DNA of 41,616 nucleotides from a bacterium (GCA_050239825.1 JBFXGO010000021.1:1-41616); one strand, 5' to 3'. Positions 1 to 10,282 are shown, counted from the stretch's first letter. Made by a program: numbers and translations. Notes: a model not told the origin generated them from the sequence alone.

Positions 1-340
1 CGTAACCTACCGAATCAAGAAGAGTGCCTGATGCATTGTAAATTTTTATAATTGCACCGTCATTTGGAAAACCCTTATCTGCTACGAAGTTTGCAGTATC
101 CATAGTAAAGGATTTATATCCTCCAGCCGCAATAGTGAAGGTCTTAAAAGTCGTACTGTCTGTAGTTGTGGTTCCCACTACATATATTCTGTAATTTGCC
201 ACATCAATTGATGCTCCTGTCTCATTATAAAGCTCAATTGCTTCAGATTCATTGGGGTTGACTATGAACTCATTGATCTTCAACGCAAAAGCATTGATAG
301 ATACGAGCAAGAGAAAAGTCAAAACAAACATCCTTTTCAT
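1..340 (-). CDS. Secreted lamin-tail-domain (LTD) protein, N-terminal part; runs off the window edge
   Basis: Manual translation from ATG at 340 (AGGAGG RBS upstream): MKRMFVLTFLLLVSINAFALKINEFIVNPNESEAIELYNETGASIDVANYRI...LLDSVGY. Signal peptide plus INE..N..E.IELYN...DSV.Y LTD pattern. Absent from the ORF track. Confidence 0.75.
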   Translation of the reverse strand, partial: MKRMFVLTFLLLVSINAFALKINEFIVNPNESEAIELYNETGASIDVANYRIYVVGTTTTDSTTFKTFTIAAGGYKSFTMDTANFVADKGFPNDGAIIKIYNASGTLLDSVGY

Positions 341-419
341 TTTGCCTCCTATGTTATTTTTATCAATTTTAAATTCATTTTTTGTATTTTCCATTAAAAA
401 TGTTTTAATTTTATGCATA

Positions 420-1715
420 CTAAGGCTCCGTTCTGTCCATTGTTCTTGCAAAAGGTATGACTTCCCTTATATGCTGGGTCTTTGTGACCCATTGAACAAA
501 TCTTTCAATTCCCATGCCGAATCCGGCGTGAGGAACGCTTCCATACTTTCTCAAATCAAGATACCAGTTGAATGCCTCCTGCGGAAGCTTGTGCTCTTCA
601 AGTCGCTTCAACAGAACATCTATGTTCTCCTCTCTCTGCCCACCTCCAATGGTCTCTCCGTAACCCTCGCCCGCAATCATGTCAAATCCCAAAGCAAGGT
701 TGTCATCATCTTTGTCATGTTTCATATAGAATGCCTTTATATTCGACGGGTATCTGTGAATAAATACAGGCCTATCGAACTCCTCTGAAATTGACGCCTC
801 GTGGGGGGCGCCGAAATCGTCTCCCCAATTAATTTCAACTTTCTTCTTTTTGAGAAGCTCTATTGCATCAGTATAGGATAATCTGTAAAAGGGTTTCTTT
901 ACATTTTCAAGCGGCTTTATATCGCGTTCAAGAATTTTGAATTCCTCCTGACGCCCCTTAAGGAGTCTCTGTAGTATATAGAAAACCATATCTTCAGCAA
1001 GTTGCATATCCTGATCAATATCAAAGAATGCGACTTCAGGTTCAATCTGCCAGAATTCCGTGAGATGTCTTCTTGTCTTTGATTTTTCTGCTCTGAAAGC
1101 AGGTCCGAAGCAATATACTTTTCCAAAAGCGAGAGCCGCCGCCTCCATATACAATTGACCCGACTGTGAAAGATAAACTTTCTTGTCGTCAAAATAATTC
1201 ACATCAAAGAGCGTCGTTGTACCTTCGCATGCCGAAGGTGTGAATATAGGAGCATCAATGCATAAAAAATTAAGGTTATTAAAAAACTCACGGGCATAAA
1301 ATATAGTGTCCGAACGAATCTTCATTATCGCCATCTGCCTTTTCGAGCGGAGCCACAGATGTCTGTTTGACTGAAGGAAATCAACCCCATGCTCCTTTGG
1401 GGAAATAGGATAGTCAACGGATTTTCCAAGTATTTGGAATTCTTCAATGTCAAGCTCCACACCTATCGGAGACCTCTTGTCCTCTTTGATTGTTCCAGTA
1501 ACCTCTACAGATGTCTCCTGCGCAAGCTCTTCAAATCTCTTAACCCTATCTTCTGTGTGACTCGGGTGAAAGAGTACGCACTGAACTATTCCTGTGCCGT
1601 CTCTAAGCATTAAAAATGAAATCTTCCCGCTTGAACGAGTGTTATAAACCCAACCCTTCAGAGTTGCCTTCTCTCCTACATGTTGCTTGAGTTCGTCAAT
1701 GTAATAACTCTTCAA
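420..1715 (-). CDS. asnS: Asparagine--tRNA ligase
   Basis: OB-fold N-terminus, YLSQSGQLY, FRAEKSKTRRHLTEFW and PHAGFGMGIER motifs. Likely start is TTG at 1715 after GGAGG; the ORF-track extension to 1793 overlaps rnpB. Confidence 0.95.
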   Translation of the reverse strand: MKSYYIDELKQHVGEKATLKGWVYNTRSSGKISFLMLRDGTGIVQCVLFHPSHTEDRVKRFEELAQETSVEVTGTIKEDKRSPIGVELDIEEFQILGKSVDYPISPKEHGVDFLQSNRHLWLRSKRQMAIMKIRSDTIFYAREFFNNLNFLCIDAPIFTPSACEGTTTLFDVNYFDDKKVYLSQSGQLYMEAAALAFGKVYCFGPAFRAEKSKTRRHLTEFWQIEPEVAFFDIDQDMQLAEDMVFYILQRLLKGRQEEFKILERDIKPLENVKKPFYRLSYTDAIELLKKKKVEINWGDDFGAPHEASISEEFDRPVFIHRYPSNIKAFYMKHDKDDDNLALGFDMIAGEGYGETIGGGQREENIDVLLKRLEEHKLPQEAFNWYLDLRKYGSVPHAGFGMGIERFVQWVTKTQHIREVIPFARTMDRTEP

Positions 1716-1740
1716 AAAACCTCCGAAAATTAATATTTTA

Positions 1741-2067
1741 TGTGGGCAGATTATAAGCCGAATTCTGTTCAACTGGCCATCTGTCTTGAACAATCGTTGC
1801 CGATTGCTTCATGCGATCTACCCGAGGTATCGGCCGGGCTAGCCAACCTCTGTTTGATCTTGCTCCGGATGGGGTTTGCCAATCAGCCGGTTGCCCGGAC
1901 TGATGGTGAGCTCTTACCTCGCCTTTTCACCCTTACCGGCAAAGCCGGCGGTTTATTTTCTGTTGCACTTTCCGTGGGCTTTCGCCCCCCGGGTGTTACC
2001 CGGCATCCTGCCCTGCGGAGTTCGGACTTTCCTCAAGCCAAAGCTCGTAGCCAGCAATCTACCCACA
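1741..2067 (-). ncRNA. rnpB: RNase P RNA, bacterial type A, compact (~327 nt)
   Basis: Minus strand has GAGGAAAGTCCG, GGAAAGTGCAACAGAAA, AAGGGTGAAA, GGCAAACCCC and ACAGAATTCGGCTTA. Terminal P1 helix is TGTGGGTAGATT/AATCTGCCCACA. Confidence 0.96.
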
Positions 2068-2075
2068 ATAGTTAA

Positions 2076-2104
2076 ATTATATATAGATTATTGAATAAAG
2101 TCAA
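2076..2104 (-). promoter_or_regulatory. Sigma70-type promoter of rnpB
   Basis: TTGACT-N17-TATAAT; the predicted start (~2069) matches the P1 5' end. Confidence 0.75.
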
Positions 2105-2162
2105 GTATTTATAGAATAAAATATAATAATACCTCAAAATATGTGTAATTTTACACACAAAT

Positions 2163-4331
2163 TCACTTCAATATTATCACCTTTTTTGTTTCAGAGGGAA
2201 TGCCCAACAAGTCAAGGAAATATTCGCCGCTCTTCACATCACTCAGATCAATTTCATTTAAGATATTACCTTTTAATTTGAATTTTTTAACGATGCTTCC
2301 GTTTGCATTGAATAGTTTAGCCTCAATCAGATTATTTTTTTCGGTAAGTATTTTTATCTTAAAAATTTTTCCTGTCACATTTGAAGTTATTACTGCGCTC
2401 TCCTTGGTTTGATGCTTTATGTTAAGCGGGAAATCCTGATTTAAAAGTCCGAGAAGATAATTAAACCGTATTCTTCCGGATTTTATCAGTGGTCCTCTTT
2501 CAAAATGAGTCGGCTGAACTGAAAAATAAAAAGAAGAGTCGCTCTCAGAAAGCTGTATAAATGTGTCTAAATTCACCGTAGCATATAGAGAATCCTTTGT
2601 GAATGAAACAACGGGATATATGTCATCAATATAAAATCCCGGACCGAATGTTCCGTCATCAAACATTACCCTCGTTCTTATGAAAACCTCTTTCCCTGCA
2701 AACTCGGAGAGAGATTTGGAATAGTATCTCCATCCAAAGCTTGATTCATTGAATACTCCGCCAAGAGTATCCAATGCCTTATACTCCATTCCGTCTTCGC
2801 TTATTTCAAAGAGAGCCATGTCGAATGAATCTTCAAGGTCATACCACACATAGCATTTGAATGAATCTCCATCCTCTACTTTTCCAGAATAGTATGGTTC
2901 GCAGATTGAATATGAGAAGACAATGTTTGAAGCCATAAATGAGTTTGGAATTGTATGTGACTGACCTGATACAACTACAAAATTACTCATGTTATACATG
3001 GAAATAGTGTTTGCCGTATCGCGCACATCAGTCTCTCCCTCGTACCTGCGCACAATGCTCTGGTACTGTTCGCCGCTGTTTGTCTCTGTCCATTCCATTT
3101 TATTGTCTGTTGAAAAGGCAATAGTCGGTTTTAAAGGAACCTCTTTTAGTTTTCCGTCAAGAGAATCGCAGTAGAAAGCCGAATATAATATTCCTGCGAA
3201 GACTCTTCTGTGAAGTTTGTCAAGATTCGCCTCCGGAGGAGAGAAACCCGTGTCAACTTCAAATGTAAACGGCAGTGTCGTTATTCCTTTTACATATTTT
3301 GTATATCCGTAAATCCAATCATCGGAATCACCCGTAGTTGGATAAAGGGCATCCGCCTTCTCCGGAGTATAGTAGCCGGTCCCATTCTGTTTGAGAATTT
3401 TAGCCGCTATCTTTGTGCCGAGAGAAGAGATGAGCTGATTATCCAGAACTGTATCAGCGCTTGAGCCGTAAGGCCAGAGAACAAGCTCCGAGTATGAGTG
3501 CAAGGATATTGAAATGTCAAAATCATAGTCCTTTAAGAGTTGTTGAATAAACTGCACCTCCCTCTCGCTGTTCGGATAGGGTCCGCAGTATATGTCTGTC
3601 GCTGGATAGTGGGATGTGCTTGAATTGTATATATTGCCCCATTCTCCGTCTCTCTTACCGTCGCACGAACCTCCGTAATTTCTGTTAATGTCCGCTCCGT
3701 AGAAGCCCCCTCTGAGAGATCTGTTCTTTCTCCACCATTCATCTGAAGTTCTTGAATAGTTGTATCCGTCAGGATTGACTGTGGGTATGACTATTATGAA
3801 AGTTGAATCAACAAGGGATTTTATCGCCGCATTGGAAGAGTATGATTTTAGTATGGAATCTGCGAAAAAAAGCGCTGTCGTAACTGTCTGCCACTCCCTT
3901 GAATGATGGTTAGCCATGAGAAGAAATTCATCGCTGACCATGTCAAAAACAGGATTAACTCCGTTTATTTTAAGCATCTTTATGGGATTCCCGTTTACAG
4001 TAAAACCCAATGTCTCCAAATCAGTCAATGAAGAATAGAGCAGATGAAGCTTGTCTATGGAATCATTAACCTGCATCAATGTCGGATATACCGCCTTTGT
4101 CTCCGGTCTCACAACAACAGAGTATTTGACAAGCATGGCATCAAGCATCTGCTTTTGCGATTCATCAGCTACGATGTCTATATAATCATTCCTGTATCTT
4201 CCGGCAATGTCAAGCTCCTTAAACTTGTTTTGAATACTCAGAAAATCATTTTTTGAGATTCTCAGGAGTTCTTCTGAACATAATGCGGAAACAGTTAATA
4301 CAAGCAACAGAACAAATAAACTTCTTTTCAT
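2163..4331 (-). CDS. Secreted M14 zinc carboxypeptidase with C-terminal beta domains and T9SS CTD-like tail
   Basis: Signal peptide; HHSRE zinc motif, NPDG, WRKNR, GADINRNY, LHSYSE, FTFE. C-terminus LFNANG..IDLSDVKSGEYFL..KKVIILK resembles a T9SS type A sorting domain. Confidence 0.9.
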   Translation of the reverse strand: MKRSLFVLLLVLTVSALCSEELLRISKNDFLSIQNKFKELDIAGRYRNDYIDIVADESQKQMLDAMLVKYSVVVRPETKAVYPTLMQVNDSIDKLHLLYSSLTDLETLGFTVNGNPIKMLKINGVNPVFDMVSDEFLLMANHHSREWQTVTTALFFADSILKSYSSNAAIKSLVDSTFIIVIPTVNPDGYNYSRTSDEWWRKNRSLRGGFYGADINRNYGGSCDGKRDGEWGNIYNSSTSHYPATDIYCGPYPNSEREVQFIQQLLKDYDFDISISLHSYSELVLWPYGSSADTVLDNQLISSLGTKIAAKILKQNGTGYYTPEKADALYPTTGDSDDWIYGYTKYVKGITTLPFTFEVDTGFSPPEANLDKLHRRVFAGILYSAFYCDSLDGKLKEVPLKPTIAFSTDNKMEWTETNSGEQYQSIVRRYEGETDVRDTANTISMYNMSNFVVVSGQSHTIPNSFMASNIVFSYSICEPYYSGKVEDGDSFKCYVWYDLEDSFDMALFEISEDGMEYKALDTLGGVFNESSFGWRYYSKSLSEFAGKEVFIRTRVMFDDGTFGPGFYIDDIYPVVSFTKDSLYATVNLDTFIQLSESDSSFYFSVQPTHFERGPLIKSGRIRFNYLLGLLNQDFPLNIKHQTKESAVITSNVTGKIFKIKILTEKNNLIEAKLFNANGSIVKKFKLKGNILNEIDLSDVKSGEYFLDLLGIPSETKKVIILK

Positions 4332-4332
4332 T

Positions 4333-4851
4333 TCAGCTCCTTATCACAAATCCTTTTTCTTTCATTATTTTGGCATAACCTGCATAAGAGACCGCATGCT
4401 TTTTAAGCTGTTCTATAATCTCCTCGGGTAGTCTTTTCTTTATAATCCCGGGCACACCTGCCGCGAGAGAAAATGGAGGAACAACCATACCCTCTTTAAT
4501 AACTGTGCCTGCGGCGATGATTGACCCTTCTCCAATGACCGCATTGTCGAGTATTGTGCTTCCCATTCCGATTAAAACATAATTGCCGATTTTACAGCCG
4601 TGAAGGATAGCGCCATGGCCTACCGTGACATAGTCGCCTATTATGCATGGTAGTTCTTCTGTGACATGACAGGCGCATAAATCCTGTACATTTGAGAATT
4701 CTCCAACCTCTATGTAATTTATATCGGCTCTCAAAACAGATTTAAACCAGACTGAAGACATCTCCCCGAATCTCACATCTCCTATGAGCGTGGCGTCTTC
4801 TGAAATATAATACGGGTTTTGAGGCTCCTTGCCGGCGATTTTAATCAGCAT
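4333..4851 (-). CDS. Gamma-carbonic anhydrase family protein (YrdA/CaiE-like)
   Basis: Hexapeptide repeats, VLRAD, NVQD, TVGHGAILHGC. Confidence 0.9.
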   Translation of the reverse strand: MLIKIAGKEPQNPYYISEDATLIGDVRFGEMSSVWFKSVLRADINYIEVGEFSNVQDLCACHVTEELPCIIGDYVTVGHGAILHGCKIGNYVLIGMGSTILDNAVIGEGSIIAAGTVIKEGMVVPPFSLAAGVPGIIKKRLPEEIIEQLKKHAVSYAGYAKIMKEKGFVIRS

Positions 4852-5485
4852 TTGACTTCTCCTTCATTTTATATGAAAGTATCTTGAAATCGGCCACAAT
4901 GTCAAGATTCATGGCAATTATATTTTTTGTGTCACTTACAATTGTCGGACTCAGGTTGAGCACAGATTTGACATCCGAATTCTTCACTATGGACATGATC
5001 CCCGGCACCTCTTTTGCGGGAATTGCCATCACTACAATCTCCGTTTTATTCTCAATCAGATATTTATCAAGGTAGTCTATATGCCTTACCAATATTCCGT
5101 TGATTTTTTTCCCCACCTTGTCTTTCGAAATGTCGAAACCTGCTTTTATTACAAAGTTCGCCTGCGCAAGCCGTTTATAATGCATCAAAGCGGTTCCAAG
5201 TCTTCCCACGCCTATCAACACTACAGCGCACTCCCTGTCAAGACCGAGTTCTGATTCTATTACTTTGATGAATTTATCCGTATTGTATCCGACACCCCTT
5301 TTTCCGATTGAATCGAAGCATGATAAATCCTTTCTCACCTGCACATCTGTTATATCCATAAGTTTAGCAATTTCACTTGAAGATACCGTCGAAATTCCCT
5401 TCTCCCTGAGGATGTACAGAACATTCAGATAATCCGTGATGCGTCTGAGAGTGTACTTAGGCAGAACTTTACAGTTGTTTTTCAT
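4841..5485 (-). CDS. rex: Redox-sensing transcriptional repressor Rex
   Basis: QVRKDLS.F..IGKRGVGY winged helix and GVGRLG Rossmann motif. Start refined to MKNN at 5485 (GGAGG upstream). Confidence 0.93.
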   Translation of the reverse strand: MKNNCKVLPKYTLRRITDYLNVLYILREKGISTVSSSEIAKLMDITDVQVRKDLSCFDSIGKRGVGYNTDKFIKVIESELGLDRECAVVLIGVGRLGTALMHYKRLAQANFVIKAGFDISKDKVGKKINGILVRHIDYLDKYLIENKTEIVVMAIPAKEVPGIMSIVKNSDVKSVLNLSPTIVSDTKNIIAMNLDIVADFKILSYKMKEKSNAD

Positions 5486-5489
5486 CTTA

Positions 5490-5783
5490 TTATTCCTCCG
5501 TCTCTGAATTTGTATTCTGCAGGTGAATTGCATTTGCAGGGCAAATCAATTCGCAAAGCATGCACCTGATGCAAGAATCGTCAACCTTATGAGAATCGCC
5601 GACTTGTCTGATTGAAAGAGTGTAGCACACTTTTACGCAGTCTCCGCAATTTGTGCACTTTGAAGCTTCTATTTCGACAATCCCTCCGTTCTCAGCTGAC
5701 TCATCATAACCTTTGCTCTCGCTCTCTCTTGCAATATACTTCAATTGCAGGAGCGATTCAAGGAGTCTGCCTATTTTTATCAT
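5490..5783 (-). CDS. 2x[4Fe-4S] ferredoxin-like subunit (NuoI/MbhN/MbxN-like)
   Basis: CTNCGDCVKVC and CIRCMLCELICP motifs; last gene of the cluster. Confidence 0.85.
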   Translation of the reverse strand: MIKIGRLLESLLQLKYIARESESKGYDESAENGGIVEIEASKCTNCGDCVKVCYTLSIRQVGDSHKVDDSCIRCMLCELICPANAIHLQNTNSETEE

Positions 5784-6889
5784 ATGTGCATCTCCATTGG
5801 AATAAGGAAGAGAGACGAAAGAACAAGGTCGATATCGTCTATTGAAGTGTTATTTATCAGATTCTTTATAAAATCGCCTGCCAAATGATACATCGGGCTT
5901 CTGAATTTTATGTTCGACGGTTTTGATGAACCGTCGGATTCAAGCATGCAGATGAATTCTCCATTAACTCCTTCCGCTCTTTTTAAAGCAACTCCGGCTT
6001 TTACTGTCAGCTGTCCATGTTCGTACATATCAAGATTCGCAAAATGCTTTTCATACGGTATATTTGCAAAAATAAACTTCAACATTTCTATTGAATCCGA
6101 TATTTCATTTCTTCTGCACAAAAGTCTGTCATAAACATCCGAATGTGAATAGAAATGAGGATTTGTCTTGAAATTTCCGTAAATTTCATAAGGTAGTTTT
6201 TTCCTAACATCAAATGACACATTCGCCGCCCTTGCCACAGGTCCGGTTATTCCATAATCCGCTATCTCTTTCTTTGTGACAGTTCCCACCCCTGCAGTGC
6301 GCATTCTAAAAAACTCGTTTTGAAACAATAGTTTATCATAATCATTCAATTTGGTTTCAATCAGAAGAATCTCTTCCTCAATAAACTTCATGTTTTTAGA
6401 AAGAACTGCGCACCTGACGCCTCCCGGCACTATGTAGGGCGCAAAATACTCGTTGCCTTTCACTTTAAATATCAGCTGTTGAATTCTTTCCCTGTCCGCC
6501 AATGACCACATACGGGCCACCTCAAATTTCAATGCGGAAGAGATGTTGTAGATATTTAAAAAGAAGCCTGCAATCCTCGACAGCTCCAAAATCAAAGTGC
6601 GGTAATATTTGGCTATTTCAGGAACATCGATTTTGTTAAGCTCTTCTATTGCGGAGGAATACAATTCTTCACAGGTATGATTCTCCAAAAAACTCAGCCT
6701 GCTTACAAGAGGAATATTTTTCAGGTATTCATTTTTGCAGAAGGAGTCGGACTCATTGAATCTTTCATTGTCAAAACAGAAAGAAGGAGATGAAATACCG
6801 CCGTTTTCAATTTCATAGTCGATAGTGACGCGTCCGTTTACCGTGCTGAACGGAGGAGAGTAGTAGAATCTTGGAAATCTCTTATTCAT
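5780..6889 (-). CDS. NuoD/MbxL-like large subunit, divergent, without NiFe CxxC motifs
   Basis: RTLILELSRI, PGGVR, GITGPVARA..DVRK..PYE.Y, DVYDR, EGVNGE, KFRSP. Start at MNKRF. Confidence 0.85.
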   Translation of the reverse strand: MNKRFPRFYYSPPFSTVNGRVTIDYEIENGGISSPSFCFDNERFNESDSFCKNEYLKNIPLVSRLSFLENHTCEELYSSAIEELNKIDVPEIAKYYRTLILELSRIAGFFLNIYNISSALKFEVARMWSLADRERIQQLIFKVKGNEYFAPYIVPGGVRCAVLSKNMKFIEEEILLIETKLNDYDKLLFQNEFFRMRTAGVGTVTKKEIADYGITGPVARAANVSFDVRKKLPYEIYGNFKTNPHFYSHSDVYDRLLCRRNEISDSIEMLKFIFANIPYEKHFANLDMYEHGQLTVKAGVALKRAEGVNGEFICMLESDGSSKPSNIKFRSPMYHLAGDFIKNLINNTSIDDIDLVLSSLFLIPMEMHI

Positions 6890-7316
6890 CCTCTTTCTCC
6901 TCAGACAGAATATTCTTGACATAGTAAGAGACAGTATAAGGATTTCCTTCAAAAACGATTCCAAAGTTCCTGTATATCTCCTCCTCATACTGAAATGCGC
7001 TCTTGTAGATCATTCCGATTGTAGTAAATACGGGTGTAGATTTCAAAACAGATGTGCGCACAATCACAGGCACCAGAATCTTTCTTGAAGAAAGAACATA
7101 TGTCAGTTTATACTCATCGCTTTCTTCTCGGCACATAATAAGAAGAAGATAATTAAACCCCCACTTTGTGAAAAGAAAGTCAAGAAGAAAAGTAAGCGCT
7201 TCCCTGCCTGTGTTTACTATTATATTTTTTGCCTCGTCTTCATAAATCGCATTGGCTCCGGTCACCATCCTTATGTCATGCGATAAAAATCCGGCTTCAT
7301 AGGATCTTCCGCTCAT
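6882..7316 (-). CDS. NuoC/MbhK-like subunit
   Basis: SA..YEEEIYRNFGIVFEGNP resembles the NuoC ERE..D.FGI.F.G.P motif; position between the B-like and D-like genes. Confidence 0.8.
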   Translation of the reverse strand: MSGRSYEAGFLSHDIRMVTGANAIYEDEAKNIIVNTGREALTFLLDFLFTKWGFNYLLLIMCREESDEYKLTYVLSSRKILVPVIVRTSVLKSTPVFTTIGMIYKSAFQYEEEIYRNFGIVFEGNPYTVSYYVKNILSEEKEDE

Positions 7317-7699
7317 TTTTTTTCCTTTTGGGCGGATTGTTTCCATCTATTCATCGAATCCAAAATTGATTGAGCGCCCGGTGGGCAACCCTTAATATGC
7401 ATTACTATTCTGTTATTAACAACCGGATAATCTCTCAAAACCAAACACTCTTTGACGATGCACTCGCCTATTTTTATTATCGAAGACTCTTTAGAATCAA
7501 ATGACAGCAATTCAGAAAGCTCTATCGCTGATTTTTTGTTTATGCATCCGTAGAGAAGAATCAAATCTGCCGATTGTATGGAAGCAGTCTCAAAGAACCC
7601 ATTATCCTCCAGTTCCGTTCTGAGGCGAGACAATCCGATAACAGAGGGCAGACAGCATCCTGCACCTGCCAAATAAAAATATATTCTGTCATTTCTCAA
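7313..7699 (-). CDS. NuoB/MbhJ-like small Fe-S subunit (short, divergent)
   Basis: GAGCC, ADLILLYG, IGEC, IKGCPP; four Cys ligands retained; TTG start. Confidence 0.8.
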   Translation of the reverse strand: MRNDRIYFYLAGAGCCLPSVIGLSRLRTELEDNGFFETASIQSADLILLYGCINKKSAIELSELLSFDSKESSIIKIGECIVKECLVLRDYPVVNNRIVMHIKGCPPGAQSILDSMNRWKQSAQKEKK

Positions 7700-8541
7700 A
7701 ATATCCCTCCGTATGTCAAAAATGAAATCATCAAAATTAAAAGCATTGCCAAATTAAATGTGAAATTTTCTCTTATTCTCATTTTGGGAAAAAGTGAAGA
7801 AACCATTGTGTAAAAGGTGTTTATTATGATTAGTTTTACAAGCATTTGAAATATTCCTGAAGCACCGCCGAGAAACAGGTTGGTGAAAAAGACAAAAAGA
7901 GAGTACCTGAATAATCTTGAAAGAAGCCAAAGCAGACCTTCGGTTGTCTTCTCTTCGTAGGCCAATTGAAAGTCATTTTCATAAGATATTCCGCCAAACG
8001 GAGAGAATCCGGCAAAAGCAAATATTGAAATTGCCGATAAAGCAAAATTGAGAGGGTCTTGCGAAACAAACCATGATGAATAACCGTTTTGCTGAATGAA
8101 AACCGCACTGGAGATGTAATCCAAGCCATGAGTGTTGAGGAATAATGCTGTAATTGATGAAAACACCAAACCATTTGATAAAAATATCAGCATGTTTATA
8201 TTAAATCTTCTTGACTCTATCATTTTGCTTTTCCCGTAAACCAGATATCCGTAACAAAAAGGCAGAAGAATCAATGCGAAAAGCAATTCCATGCATTTCA
8301 CATTAGGGAGAAAAAGGTTGTTGTGGGATGAATTAAGCAATGCCACTGCAATATATGCTGAAATTATGAGATACTCTGTGAAAGTGTATTTTGCAAATAA
8401 AGCGTTTCTTATCTCTATGGTCAATCCGCGAATCCCTGATATCCTCCTTCCAGACATTCTGTTTAATATGAAATGTTCTGAGACTCCTGCAGTCGTTAGG
8501 AATAATATTATAAGGACGACGCTCTGAATAATGTTGATCAC
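7696..8541 (-). CDS. NuoH/MbhM-like membrane subunit, divergent
   Basis: Multi-TM protein with E..I..RM.GR, SPF, LFLGG and FPKMR (cf. PRLR). Confidence 0.7.
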   Translation of the reverse strand: MINIIQSVVLIILFLTTAGVSEHFILNRMSGRRISGIRGLTIEIRNALFAKYTFTEYLIISAYIAVALLNSSHNNLFLPNVKCMELLFALILLPFCYGYLVYGKSKMIESRRFNINMLIFLSNGLVFSSITALFLNTHGLDYISSAVFIQQNGYSSWFVSQDPLNFALSAISIFAFAGFSPFGGISYENDFQLAYEEKTTEGLLWLLSRLFRYSLFVFFTNLFLGGASGIFQMLVKLIIINTFYTMVSSLFPKMRIRENFTFNLAMLLILMISFLTYGGIF

Positions 8542-10280
8542 TTCCCGCCTCCAATGAAAACAAGAATGAAGGAGATGTAAATCAATAGTATGAGCAGAAC
8601 TGCAGACATGCTTCTCTGATACAGTTTAACAATGAAACCTCCAATATCCGTAAATGTTCTGCCGACTAACCTTACAATATTATCGAGGTCAGCATATTTT
8701 ATTTTTCTCACAAGTTTTTGTTCGTCAAATCCATAAAAATTAAGGCCGTTTAGATTTATGTTCCTCTCTAACATGTGAGGAGCATTATCGTCGCTGTATT
8801 TTATCTCTCTTTTGAACTCTCCATTGAATCTTTTAGTTGAATGTAAATAAAAGCGGGATGTTTTAATGTATATGATAATGAATAAGATAGAAGCAAGGTT
8901 TACATAGGATTTAAACGAGAATATACCATTTGGATAAAGAATATATTTACGGGAAGACTCACTTCCCAAAGCACCCGATAATTCCAAATGAAACCCCAGC
9001 GACATCGTAAGTGCCAAAATACTAAACATCAACAAAAACAAATAAAACACATATTCTCCGCTTCTTTCGGGATATATCTTTCTTGAAACAGTCTTATATG
9101 GCGCATCAGTAAAGAAAAGCAAAGCAATTATTTTAAAGAAAACAGCCCAAACGGAAAAGACATAAAAAACAAATATTAATTTAAAGGCAAGAGGAGCAGA
9201 AATAAAAAGAGGATTTGAAAGAGCGGAAATCGATAAAGGAAAATAGGATAAAGAAACAAAAGAGAATGCAAACAAATAGAAAGATAAAGGCATGTAATTA
9301 TGAATGCTCTCCAGCTTTGTCAGATCCGTAGAAGAGAATATCTCCTCTATCTTGTCGCAGGTTGTGAATAACACTGCAATTGAGAGTAGTGATCCGCCCG
9401 CAGAAACAATAATGAATGAAATGTCCGTTCCCTGAAGGAAACTGAATGAAAGTTGAAACGAGATTGTCATGATGAAGAGATGAAAAAATGTATATTTAAG
9501 ATTTCTCGATGAAATTGCTTTTAAAACAGAGAGAAAAAGAAACGGAACAAAAACAAGGTATGAATACCTAAAATCAATTTTATAAGCCAAAATGTTCGTA
9601 AGAAGGTCATAAAGTGATATACACGAAATGAAGATGACGGACATGAGATAGCCCAGAAGAATTATGCTCGCCTTCTTTAAGGAGTCAAATAATTTAGTAT
9701 TTAAAGGAATCATGAACACTCGTCCGATTAATGCGGAAAGAAATACCGAAGATGAAGCGGAGATACCGCTTTTGAAAAATATTAGAGACAAAATAAAAGC
9801 CGCAGTTAAGATGGAATTTACAAAAACAAGATCATTCATTGTCTTTCTATCATTTAAATTGGTAGCCATTAAAAACAGCATGAAATACACAGCTATTTCG
9901 AAGACAATAATAGAAGTTTCAATGTTCTTCGAGAAAAAGAGCATGTTTGAGAAAAAAAACAGAAAAAGCATATTCATGAAGTAACTGCTTTCGCTCTCAT
10001 GTTTTTCTTTAAAAAGATCCCTTATTAGATATATCAAGAATATCAGGTGATTGAGAAAAGAAAGCAAAATTCCATGCCTGCCGGCTCTGAATCCAATATC
10101 AATGATATCAAAAGGCATTGCTTTGAAGTCGAAATTTATGCCTCCTTGACTGAAAATACTAACAACAGAATAAAAATAAATTATCAATATGAATATATTG
10201 CGAAGTATTTTTGACACATTGCCTACTATGTAAGTCATCAAAATCGATAGAATCATCGAGTAAATGAATATGTCATTCAT
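8538..10280 (-). CDS. MrpA/NuoL/MbxH'-like antiporter-like subunit, divergent
   Basis: Many hydrophobic segments, IIVFE, DLTKLESIHNYMP, long C-terminal helix; cluster context. Confidence 0.65.
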   Translation of the reverse strand: MNDIFIYSMILSILMTYIVGNVSKILRNIFILIIYFYSVVSIFSQGGINFDFKAMPFDIIDIGFRAGRHGILLSFLNHLIFLIYLIRDLFKEKHESESSYFMNMLFLFFFSNMLFFSKNIETSIIVFEIAVYFMLFLMATNLNDRKTMNDLVFVNSILTAAFILSLIFFKSGISASSSVFLSALIGRVFMIPLNTKLFDSLKKASIILLGYLMSVIFISCISLYDLLTNILAYKIDFRYSYLVFVPFLFLSVLKAISSRNLKYTFFHLFIMTISFQLSFSFLQGTDISFIIVSAGGSLLSIAVLFTTCDKIEEIFSSTDLTKLESIHNYMPLSFYLFAFSFVSLSYFPLSISALSNPLFISAPLAFKLIFVFYVFSVWAVFFKIIALLFFTDAPYKTVSRKIYPERSGEYVFYLFLLMFSILALTMSLGFHLELSGALGSESSRKYILYPNGIFSFKSYVNLASILFIIIYIKTSRFYLHSTKRFNGEFKREIKYSDDNAPHMLERNINLNGLNFYGFDEQKLVRKIKYADLDNIVRLVGRTFTDIGGFIVKLYQRSMSAVLLILLIYISFILVFIGGGK

Positions 10281-10282
10281 GA

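Noticed and set aside
1740..2094. Plus-strand ORFs 1740..2075 and 1876..2094, and the asnS extension to 1793
   Set aside because: They overlap the RNase P RNA gene.
5780..6889. Calling the cluster a NiFe hydrogenase or a canonical NADH dehydrogenase
   Set aside because: No CxxC NiFe motifs, no NuoEFG or NuoA/J genes, and no maturation genes in the window.
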